DNA of 64,000 nt from Macrostomum lignano (lineage: Eukaryota). Where the stretch lies: assembly GCA_002269645.1 (NCBI GenBank), contig NIVC01001061.1, positions 1-64,000 of the forward strand, in the 5' to 3' direction. A program made the position numbers and the translations under genes. Below, one piece after another: positions 12,583 through 23,308 of this stretch; position 1 is the stretch's first letter, and each line of letters begins with the position of its first letter. The notes below the pieces were generated by a model that worked only from the letters and a program-made list of their open reading frames with translations, did no database searches and was not told the DNA's origin.

Positions 12583-14503
12583 CTACCTGCGCTCATCAAA
12601 GGTGACAACCGGCTGACTCGCAGCCCCGGCTCCGTTCTGCTGCTCAGCCCGCCAGCTGTTCCGCTTCTTCCGGCCGCAGCAGCCGCCGCTTTTCGATTTC
12701 TGTTTTCTCGTCCTTGTCTCCGTGACGGAGCCACCGTTCGCCGTCGTTGTCGTAGTCGTTGTCTCGGTGATCACGGCGCCGTCGGGGCCGCGCCGGCTGC
12801 TCCAGCTGGACTGCTGGGCCGCTGCCTGCTGCTGCTGCGGCTGGGCCGTCTCTGGCACCGATTTGTAGCGCTTGTGCCGCGGGTAGCAGCAGGCGCAGCG
12901 GCGCTTCTTGGGGCGCCGGACGGCGCGGTTCCCGTCTTCTGTGACAACGACTGTCTTGCTGCTGCTGCTGCTGCCGGCGCCGCCGCCGCCGCTGCTGCTC
13001 CACTGCCACTGGCTGCGGTGCTCGCTGATCTCCCGCTGCTCGGCCTCCGTCAGGCTGGCCACCTCTTCCTTCTCGTTCACCAGCTTGCCATCCGCGTAGC
13101 GGCGTCGCTTCACCCGCTTCCTCAGCCGGTCGCCGTCCATGAAGTAGCTGACCTCCTCCTCCTCCTTGTCGTTCTGCACCGACACCCGCGACATGGTGGA
13201 CTGCTTGCGCTTCAGTGCAGCAGCTGCCGCCGCCGCCGACGTCTCCTTGGACTCGCCGCTCTGCACAGTCTGTGTCGTAGTCTTTGTTGTTTTAGTCTCT
13301 GTAGTCTCCTCATCCCGCTGGCCGCCTTCGCTCAGCTCCAGCCTGCTCAGCGCCGCCTCCAGCTCGCCGTCCTTGAACCCGGCCGACTTCTCCGTGGCCA
13401 GATGCTGCTGAATGGTGCCCTCCCTGATGGTGCCGCCGTAGTTGTCCGATGTCTTTGTATGGGTCTGGACGATCGCCGATGCCTCTGGCGACTCGGCTCT
13501 GGCGCCATAGATGAACCGCTGCTGGCTGAACTGTCGGACGGCGCCACCGTCGCCGCCGAAGCCACCGACGACGCTCTGCCTGCCGTGCCGGCCGCGGTAC
13601 AGGTCGCTGGCGAACCTCTCTCTGACCGAGGACTCTTCGGCGCTGCCGCTGCTGTACACTGCGGGCGGAGCCTCCTTGCTCATGAGAAACTTCATCTTGT
13701 AGGGCTGGTGCACCTTCAGCACCGGGTAGTCGGCGTTCTGCTGTCGCTGAAATCTCTGCTGCTCCTCTTGTTCGCTGATGGCCGTCCGCTGCTCCCGGCT
13801 GGCGATGCCGCCGCCGTCGCCGCCGCCCCAGCGACCGATGGACCGGCGCTGAACTAGGAAGCCCTCGGAGTGCACGTTCTCGTCCGGCTGCCGGGCCTCC
13901 ACCTGACGGGCGTGTGGGGGAGGAAGCCGGTTCACAATGATAACCGCGGATTTCACGGCTCGACTCTAGATTGGTTCTCTAGATGCGGCCATTCAGACGC
14001 AATTCTAGATACTAACCACAGCCAGTTCTGCTTAACTTACAGCAGCTCTGGCCGTGAATGCATCAGCCTACTCGGGTCTAAAGATACCGCGAAGCCAATT
14101 AGTAGCATTCACCTTATACTGCCGGCTGCCGCCGCTGTCTCGCTGCTGATAGCGCAGCAGCTCCCGCTCCACGCTGCCTGTGGAGTCGCGTCGAAACAGC
14201 TGCTGGTGCTGCTGGTGCTGCTGGTGCTGCTGGTGCTGCTGGTGCTGCTGGTGCTGCTGCTGCTGTTGCTGCTGCAGCATGGCCGAGCTGGCTGACGCAC
14301 CGCCCGGCTTGATGACCAGACCCTCGGAGAAGTACGCGCCGCCCGCCGACGACTGCCGTCCGCTGATACCGCCGCCGCCGCCGCCGACACCGCCCGCGGA
14401 CGACGTCTCAGTGGTGACAAAGTAGCTCCTGCTGTTGGTGCCGCTGCTTCCCAGAGCGGCTGACGGAGGTCGGTGGTGCTGCAGCCAGCCTGCCCCGCCG
14501 CCT

Positions 14504-14534
<31 letters not shown>

Positions 14535-17334
14535 TGCTGCTGTAGGAGTAGAAAGACTGCTGGCGACCGCCCGTCAGCACAGGTGGCGGCGCCTGGCAAA
14601 GAGGAGTGGACTTGTTTGAGGTCCAGGCAGACCCAGGGCTCGGCAAACTCCGACCCGCGAAGCCTCTTCATCCGGCCCTCGGGTCCTTTGAAACTTCACA
14701 ATAGCAATCCGGCCCGCTCAAGGTTTGTGTCTTCTCAGCTCTCTTTTTGCTCCCCTCTCCCCCTTTCACTCCCTTCTCTCCTTTCTCCCCTCTCCTCTCT
14801 CCCCTCTCCTCTCTCCCCTCTCCTCTCTCCCCTCTCCTCTCTCCCTCTCCTCTCTCCCCTCTCCTCTCTCTCCTCTCTTTCCTCTCCTCTCTCCCCTCTC
14901 CTCTCTCCCCTCTCCTCTCTCCCCTCTCCTCTCTCCCCTCTCCTCTCTCCCCTCTCTCCTCTCTCCCCTCTCCTCTCTCTCCTCTCTCCCCTCTCCTATT
15001 CTCTCCCCTCTCCTCTCTCTCCTCTCTTTCCTCTCCTCTCTCCCTCTCCTCTCTCTCCTCTCTCCCCTCTCCTCTCTCCCCTCTCGTCTCTTTCCTCTCC
15101 TCTCTCCTCTGCCCTCTCTCCCCTCTCTCCTCTGTCCCCTATCCTCTCTCCCCTCTCCTATTCTCTCCCCCTCTCCTCTCTCTCCTCTCTCCTCTCTCCC
15201 CTCTCCTCTCTCCCCTCTCTCCTCTCTCCCCTCTCCTCTCTCCTCTCTCTCCTCTCTCCCCTCTCTCCTATTCTCTCCCCCTCTCCTCTCTCCCCTCTCC
15301 TCTCTTTCCTCTCCTCTCTCCTCTCTCTCTCCTCTCTCCCCTCTCTCCTATTCTCTCCCCCTCTCCTCTCTCCCCTCTCCTCTCTTTCCTCTCCTCTCTC
15401 CTCTCTCCCCTCTCCTATTCTCTCCCCCTCTCCTCTCCCCCCTCTCCTCTCTCCCCTCTCTCCTCTCTCCCCTCTCCTCTCTCCTCTCTCTCCTCTCTCC
15501 CCTCTCTCCTATTCTCTCCCCCTCTCCTCTCTCCCCTCTTTTCTCTTTCCTCTCCTCTCTCCTCTCTCCCCTCTCCTATTCTCTCCTCTCTCTCCTCTCT
15601 CTCCTCTCTCCCCCTCTCCTCTCTCCCCTCTCCTCTCTCTTCCTCTCCTCTCTCCTCTCTCTCCTCTCTCCCTCCTCTCTCCTCTTCTCTCCTCCCCTCT
15701 CTCTCTCTCCCCCTCTCTCTCTCTCTCTCTTCCTCTCCTCTCTCCCTCTTCTCTCTCTCCTCTTCTTTCTCCCCTCTTCTTTCTCCCGTCTTCTCTCCTC
15801 AAATCTTTTCTCTCATCTCTTCCCACGTCCCATCTCCCGACTCTCCTCTCTTCATTCATATCTCATCCTCCATTCCCTCTCCTTTCCACTCATCTGGCCT
15901 GCAGCCATGAGCTGGATTCTCTATCAGGCCCTTGAGGTAATAAAGTTTGCCGACCCCTGATACACACCAACCCGACCCCATCCCAGCTTACAGCCTGCCG
16001 GAAGCTCTGCCGGAACACCTGCCGCTGGTAGCCGGAACTGCCGCCGCTGCGGCCCCAGCCGTCCGAGCTGATTGAATGAGTTCGCCGGGGTAGAGCGAGG
16101 CCGGTGCCGAAGCCGCCTAAGCCGCCGCCGCCGCCGCTGCTGCTGCTGGTGGAGACCCTCTGCCGGCTGTACTGCTGGAAGCTGCTGTCAATAGTGGGCC
16201 GCGGTTTGAGTGCATGAACTTTTTTGTCCGATTATCGCCAAATTTGTGTGGTCATGCGCGTTCAAGCTACTGACGAAATGCGTCTGCACTACTGATTTTA
16301 TTTTTCCCACTCGCTGCCTCTTTCAGTTTCTAAAAATGCTGTCGTTAATGGTGGATCTGCAAGCTATGCGGATCCATGCAGTGAGCTTATCTGAGATCCA
16401 GCTACTCAAAGATGCACCTGAAGTCTAACTAGAGATCTTCTTAAGTATCATATTCATATATCCATGCTTTCATCCGACATACATGCTCATGAGATCTAGC
16501 GGATATCTAATCGAGATCTAGCAGAGATCTACTGAGATTTACCTGAGATCAAGCAAAGATCTACTAGGTTCTACCTGAGATCTACAGAGATCTAGCAGAG
16601 ATCTACTGAGATCCAGCAGATATCTAGCAGACCTACTGAGATCCAAGCAGAGATCTACTAAGATCTAGCAGAGATCTAACAGAGATCCACTGAGATCTAG
16701 CAGAGATCCAAGCAGAGATCTACTGAGATCTAGCAGAGATCTAACTGAGATCTACTGAGATCTAGCAGAGATCTAACTGAGATCTACTGAGATCTAGCAG
16801 AGACCTACTGAGATCTACTGAGATCCAAGCAGAGATCTACTGAGATCTACTGAGATCTAGCAGAGATCTACTGAGATCTACTGAGATCTACTGAGATGTA
16901 GCAGAGATCTAACTGAGATCTATTGAGATCTAGCAGAGATCTACTGAGATCTAGCAGAGATCTACTGAGATCTAGCAGAGATCTAGCAGAGATCTAGCAG
17001 AAATCTACTGAGATCTAGCAGAGATCTACTGAGATCTAGCAGAAATCTACTTGCAATCCGACTCCCGCAGCGACACGCACCGGCTCATGTCTTCTTCTCC
17101 TAGCTGGCTGGTCTCTTCAATCTCAGCCAGTCGGTTATCGCTGCTGCTGAACCTCTTCCGCTGGATTATCGGCTTATTTTGCAGCTTTTGACGACGGGGA
17201 CGGTTCTGCTGGTCGAAGCTGCCGCGCCTTGAGCTCGAAAATTGCTGCTCGAAACCGATCAGAGCCTTGTCGAATATGTCCAAGTTGCGGTCTCTGCTGG
17301 GGGGCTGATGCCAGGGCCGGGGGCGCTCCTGCAT
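12583..17334 (-). CDS. Uncharacterised low-complexity Gly/Ser/Gln/Thr-rich protein (~758 aa) with basic Cys clusters; exons 17334-17051, 16184-15992, 14592-14113, 13902-12583
   Basis: GC-rich exons with coding-like codon use, joined by GT-AG introns in consistent phase (2, 0, 0; 2277 nt total). Contains polyG, a (Q-Q-H)n tract, KKRRCACC and GGCCGRKKR. No recognisable domain. The start codon is uncertain. Confidence 0.75.
14735..15790. repeat. CT-rich low-complexity satellite in an intron of the low-complexity gene
   Basis: Almost only C and T (CTCTC/CCCCT/CTCCT units). Confidence 0.95.
16480..17050. repeat. AGATCT-rich 10-11-bp-subunit tandem repeat in intron 1 of the low-complexity gene
   Basis: Alternating GAGATCTAGCA / GAGATCTACT units running up to the donor at 17050. 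Confidence 0.9.
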
Positions 17335-17727
17335 GCAGCAGTAGGCTGCTAGTCAACACCCAACTAATCTGCCTGCGCTTGAGAAAACTTCCGAGCCGAG
17401 CAGGGTCGGGGGAGATTCGAGAAAAACTCCAGAAGCCTCGGTCCGCGCGCTCTTTATGAACGGAACCGAAGGGAGCACCCGGACTGAGCGACCGCTACAC
17501 TGGGTGTGGCCGTCACGAGAAATTTCCCACGGAGTGGCAGCTCGCACCCGACTGCAGCGGGCCATGCAGCCAGCCAGATTTGGCAATTTTTACCCAATGC
17601 CATAAAAGACCAAACACCCCAGGCGAGAGTCTAAATTTAGCAACAGATTTTATCTTAATGCGTTTATAATCTCTCAATGAAAGATGGATTTTGAAATTTG
17701 CCAAACAGCACGCACGACATTTTTGTG

Positions 17728-17800
17728 TGACCGCTCGCGGAATCGAACCCGGGTACTCCTGGCACGAGTCCGACGCGTTAACCGCTGAACTGCTCTGTCC
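17728..17800 (-). mobile_element. tRNA-derived SINE head or tRNA pseudogene
   Basis: The minus strand has an A-box-like AGTTCAGCGG and a perfect B-box GGTTCGATTCC at tRNA spacing. Acceptor and anticodon stems do not pair well. Confidence 0.6.
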
Positions 17801-17804
17801 AATG

Positions 17805-18207
17805 TAAGTCTGACAATGAGCTCTCTGTGAATGTGTCAGTCTGACAATGAGCTCTCTGTGAATGTGTCAGTCTGACAATGAGCTCTCTGTGAATGTGACA
17901 GTCTGACAATGAGCTCTCTGTGAATGTGTCAGTCTGACAATGAGCTCTCTGTGAATGTGTCAGTCTGACAATGAGCTCTCTGTGAATGTGTCAGTCTGAC
18001 AATGAGCTCTCTGTGAATGCGTCAGTCTGACAATGAGCTCTCTGTGAATGCGTCAGTCTGACAATGAGCTCTCTGTGAATGCGTCAGTCTGACAATGAGC
18101 TCTCTGTGAATGTGTCAGTCTGACAATGAGCTCTCTGTGAATGTGTCAGTCTGACAATGAGCTCTCTGTGAATGCGTCAGTCTGACAATGAGCTCTCTGT
18201 GAATGTG
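17805..18207. repeat. 31-bp minisatellite abutting the tRNA-like element
   Basis: CAGTCTGACAATGAGCTCTCTGTGAATG(T/C)GT, about 13 copies. Confidence 0.95.
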
Positions 18208-18667
18208 ACTGTCCAGATAATATCTATCCCAATATCAGACTGTCACTGTCCCAATATCAGACTATCAGACCATCAGACTGCAAATTGCAACGCAGAGTTC
18301 GAATAATGACAAAAAATAATTATTTACTGTCTCGCATACCAGAGATAGCAGTTTTAAAACAGGTAAATACATCAGAATCATGTATTTATATCTGCTGACC
18401 GCAGCAAGGGCACTCGCTATGCATACAGGGTTTTTAAAACATGAAAAAGGCTTAATTGAAAAACAGGATACCAGATGGCATAAGCCATAAAGTACATAAA
18501 TTAAATAAAACGGAAACACCTTAAAAACAGTATTAGATACCGGCAGGCGATATACTAGCGATACTCAAAGAAAAACTGAGCTCTCAAAAAATCAACTTTT
18601 TACAATCGAGGCGTCAAGAACTTGCAATAGTAATCTAAAACCAGAAGCGACCATTGGGGTAAAAACC

Positions 18668-19398
18668 GGGATTGACCTTGAAATCAGAGGGTGGGGATTG
18701 ACCTTGAAATCAGAGGGTGGGGATTGACCTTGAAATCAAAAGGAGGGGATTGACCTTGAAATCAAAAGGAGGGGATTGACCTTGAAATCAGGGGGTGGAG
18801 ATTGACCTTGAAATCAGGGGGTGGAGATTGACCTTGAAATCAGGGGGTGGAGATTGACCTTGAAATCAGGGGGTGGGGATTGACCTTGAAATCAAAGGGT
18901 GGGGATTGACATTGAAATCAGAGGGTGGGGATTGACCTTGAAATCAAAGGGTGGGGATTGACCTTGAAATCAAAGGGTGGGGATTGACCTTGAAATCAGA
19001 GGGTGGAGATTGACCTTGAAATCAGGGGGTGGAAATTGACCTTGAAATCAGGGGGTGGAGATTGACCTTGAAATCAATGGGTGGAGATTGACCTTGAAAT
19101 CAAAGGGTGGGGATTGACCTTGAAATCAGAGGGTGGGGATTGACCTTGAAATCAGAGGGTGGGGATTGACCTTGAAATCAGAGGGTGGGGATTGACCTTG
19201 AAATCAGGGGGTGGAGATTGACATTGAAATCAGGGGGTGGAGATTGACCTTGAAATCAGGGGGTGGAGATTGACCTTGAAATCAGAGGGTGGGGATTGAC
19301 CTTGAAATCAGAGGGTGGAGATTGACCTTGAAATCAGGGGGTGGAGATTGACCTTGAAATCAGAGGGTTGGGATTGACCTTGAAATCAGGGGGTTGGA
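18668..19398. repeat. 26-bp G-rich minisatellite
   Basis: GG(G/A)GATTGACCTTGAAATCA(G/A)(A/G)GGGT, about 28 copies. Confidence 0.95.
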
Positions 19399-19672
19399 AT
19401 TGTAATCAATGAAACATTTATCGCAAAAATTGACGAATGCTTTTTGAAAAAAAAACTTTTAAAAAGTAAAAACAAGACAAAAGCAAAACTAGTCATCTGA
19501 TAACCAAGATTTCATAAACACGGATAATTTATCTGCAATTATCATGCCACTCGTAAAAAGGTCGAAAATTTGGTACAATGCGAGCTTGCTGAATATATAA
19601 AATAGATAAAGCTTAACAAACTCTGCTTCAATTTTAACAAACAGTCGCTCAGTAAATAATTGCTATCAACCA

Positions 19673-21521
19673 TTAATCTACAATAATTGGGGCCGCGCCG
19701 TCTGCGCGATGCCGGCCCCGGCCGCGCCCCCCACCTCTGCCGGCGCCGCCAACGGGAGACGACAGGCCCGGAGGGGGTCCCGGCGAGGCGCGGGTCATCG
19801 GTGCGGCATCTTCAAAGGCCGCCTGCTCAGAGGAGCGAAAGCTGCTGCCAGCGTCGATAGCGGCATCTTCAAAGCGAGCCGGCGCCGCCACCCCGCGGGC
19901 GGCATCTTCAAAGCGAGCCGGCACCGCCACCCCGCCGGCGGCATCTTCAAAGCGAGCCGGCACCGCCACCCCGCGGGAGGCATTATCAAACGGCGGCTCC
20001 GAAGAGCGAATGCCTCGACCCCGACCAAGGACAGCGGGCCGTCCGGCGGGCCTCCCATCGGACTCAATGGCGGCATCTTCAGACGCGGCAGGCGGCGGCA
20101 TCGGCATCGGCGGCTGCTCAGTCAGACGAACGCCGCGCCCCCGGCCCCGACCAAAAGCTTGAAAATTTTCAGCAGCAGCGCCATTGGCTGAGGCGTTTGC
20201 CGGGGCTGCGGAAGTAGTAGGCTGCGTTGCCATGGCAACCGACCGCGGTGGCGACGGGTTAGCGCGCTTTTGCCAGCGAGAGTTTTCCAGCCACCGCGGC
20301 TGGTCCTCCCGCCTGATAGGCGCAGGCGGCGTCACCAGCTGCTCGTCTAACGGCCTGTGCGCGGTCGTGAGTTCGAATCCTAGCCGGTCGTACAGCAGCT
20401 CAAAGATCGCCCAGGCGTAGCGGTGAGCTCTGGTCAGGGCGCAGAACTCTGTGTTGTCCTGGCCGGTGTGGAACTGGCAGCACTCGCTGTAGCCTGCGGG
20501 ATGTGGGCTTCCAGTTTTATTGTCCTGCTTACTACTGCGAGTAGTGCGGGTTTATGGGCTTCTAGTATCATTGCCATGCTTACTACTGCGAGTAGTGCAG
20601 TTTGAGCAGCTCACCTGTGAACCGGACTTTTTGCAGCAAGGCGGTCATCTGCAAGTCCAGCACGGACGCCCTCTTGTCCTCGGGCATGGCTGGGCAGGCC
20701 ATCAGGTGCCGCATGAGGGGCTCCAGACTGAGCACGCGAGACTTGGAAGGTTTCGAAGGCTCAATCACCAGCGGGCAGGTGCCGAGATCAGCGCTGGAGC
20801 CGTAGATGTACATCAGGCCATGCTGCATTCGCTGCAGGCTGTCTGCTGGCACAAACAGAGGCAGCGGGCGGCCCGAGTCGTCCTGGCAGAGCCGGCGAAG
20901 CTCGCGGTCGAAGGCGGCGACGCTGCCTCCCAGCTGATGGTCGATGTGGATTCCGTGAGTCTCCTCAGCCAGATCCTTGCACTGGAATCGCAGGTGCATC
21001 GGCAGCTGCTGGGAGGTCAGGCTGACGATGTGGTGCAGGCGGTCGGTGACGCCAGACCGCAGGCTGAAGCGCACGAAGCCGAGCTCCGCAGGCAGGTTCT
21101 GGCGGGACTCGTGCGGATCTGCGGGCGCGAAGTCGAACAGCTCACCGACCACAAACGGCCGGTCCAGCAGCCACTGCAGCTCTGCATCCGACAGCATCTG
21201 CCTGAGCAGGTCCTCGCTCCACCGCCTGAAAGCCTCCGCCTCCTGAGAAGCTTTGGCGCGGGACTCCAGCGTGAAGCCCTCGCAGTCGCGACGAAACTTG
21301 TCGCCGAATTTCTGATCGAACTTCTTGTTCTCAGCCTTCGCTTTCCGCTCGTAGACCTGCCGCTGCTCCAGGCTGAGGCTCTTGAAGGCGCTGTTGGCCT
21401 CGGCGATCAGCTGGGAGCTGGAGTGCGGCAGCGACCGCAGAGCGGGATTGGAGTTGCGGTATTCCCGCATGAACACGGACATGGCCGTGGCGCGGGTCCG
21501 CTTTGAGGGCTGTGCAGACTC
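19673..21521 (-). CDS. MAEL: Maelstrom homolog (HMG box + MAEL RNase H-like domain + RG-rich tail); exons 21521-20584 and 20486-19673; 5' end unresolved (in-frame ATG at 21482)
   Basis: HMG box SVFMREYR...AFKSLSLEQRQVYERKAK. MAEL motifs LPAELGFVRFSLRSGV and EETHGI. After a 97-nt GT-AG intron comes ECCQFH...FCALTRAHRYAW (the conserved Cys/His cluster). Confidence 0.88.
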
Positions 21522-23014
21522 CTGCAGGTTCAAATATTGAGTCCAGTTTCTATGCATACATAATAAGCTTAATGAATCATAAAGATTAGGCCTCAAATAC
21601 TGAAATAACTAGATAGGCCACTCAGGCATATATGCTTAGCAAAACAGCTTTCCACTTTCAGTTCAGTAGCAATGAAGAATGCATAAGCTTTTTTGAAATG
21701 ACTTTGATAAGTTTAGAAGCCCAAGCTTTCAGGCGTTAACAGCTTGCTAATTGGTTCAGCAATAATGTACATTGGCCAGTCCACTGAAATGCAAATGGCA
21801 GCTTTAGGCTGGAATTCCGAGAGGCAATAAAAATTGGGGCGGGCGGAGGAGTGTGGAAAGGCGCGTTTGGAGGGTTTAAGCTGGGGGGTTAAGAGCCAAT
21901 AAATGAGCCTTGGCTTTAAAAATAAATTAAAATGCTTCAGTTTAACTTACTACTGAACTGAACTAGTTTACATGCAAATGTGCTGCTACTTACAATATTT
22001 TGCATTTATTTAAGGAACACAAAATAATTTAAATTTACAATTACTGATAGATAAGTAATATAGACTAATTGAAGTCCTAGCCTAACTTCTAACAGTTAGG
22101 ACTTTCTTCTGTTTTTTTCATATCTTGACCATGCAATAGTGTCATATTGGATACTTATTGTTTGCTAATCTTGAATGTAACATATAATAGCTTAATATGC
22201 ACTATGTCAACTAGGTGTTTAAGCAAGTCTAGTAGCATATAAGTCTTAGTATTTTTTAGCATAATGGTTTTATTATTGCCAAAAATAGCTATGCCTTTTG
22301 GCAATCAGATAGGGCCTTAAACTATATGAAAATCAATATGGTTAAAGAGACCAATATGATTAATAAGAAATAGCTCGTAAATTGTTTTTGGTATTTTTAT
22401 CAGCTTAGCTTGCTATTGAGCTATCTAGAAATTTTAGACTGATTGCTTTCTTGGGGATACTGCTTCTTTCTAAGTTAGAAACCAATATGCTCATTAGGAA
22501 TAGCTTTATAACTAGAACTGAACTAAGAAGATTTAAATATCAAGACTGCATACTTTCTTTAGAAGCTTTCTTTACATTCATATCTTTCAGATATCTGCCA
22601 GTGTATACAAACAGCATGTGTTTTAAGAAGTGCAAGCTTTAACAAAATAGATTGCATTCTCTGAGGGTCTAAAATTTACTTTTTCACAGCTAGTGCTTCA
22701 ATTTCAGTGTACAATGAGTGCTCTTGCAAGCCAGTTAGATAAACTTTCTTTCTTGGAAAATATGGCAAAAGAGAATATCAAAATGATTTGGTAGGCCCCT
22801 ATGACATTCAGCAGAATAGGCAACAGCTAAAGAGCCAACTTTTATAATCTTTATCCTTTGCGAATAAGTCTCTAGCTAAGGATGCAAAACTGAAAATGAA
22901 TTAATTTACATCATCCCTGAAATTGAAGGGTTCAATTGTTTATGGACAGCACTTGAATAGGCCAATTACTTTTAAAGACCATTGTAAGGCTCAAGAAGAC
23001 ATTTGCTACAAGGT

Positions 23015-23308
23015 CATACATGCGCAACCTCCAAAATTCGGTCGGCCATGCGACTTAGTTTTAACAAAAATGCGACATAGTTTTTGGCCAAAAATGCGAC
23101 TTACATGTAAAAAAACCTAAAGCAAAATTAACGCAACTTTGGGTAAACGGCAGGAGTAACTATGACTGTCTTATAAGGCCAAAATGCCTCGTCAGCTACT
23201 TAGTACTACTACTTGGGTTTTTTGGGTGGGCATTTTTGCGACTTCCTTGGTTCACCACCAAATCGGTCGGCCGGATCGGCCGACTCGGCCGACTGTTGCG
23301 CATGTATG
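23015..23308. mobile_element. hAT-like MITE, copy 2 (best preserved, 294 bp)
   Basis: Perfect 14-bp TIR CATACATGCGCAAC/GTTGCGCATGTATG. Perfect 8-bp TSD TACAAGGT at 23007-23014 and 23309-23316. Confidence 0.92.
23141..23204 (+). other. 28S rRNA-derived fragment (R2/I-PpoI target region) inside the MITE; not an rRNA gene
   Basis: 53/64 ungapped identity to the conserved eukaryotic LSU segment GGGTAAACGGCGGGAGTAACTATGACTCTCTTAAGGTAGCCAAATGCCTCGTCATCTAATTAGT (compared by eye from the recalled sequence). Confidence 0.85.

Noticed and set aside
14583-15960. Leu/Ser/Pro-rich ORFs of about 400-450 aa
   Set aside because: CT low-complexity intron sequence.
17728-17800. Functional tRNA gene
   Set aside because: Acceptor and anticodon stems do not pair; more likely a SINE head or pseudogene.
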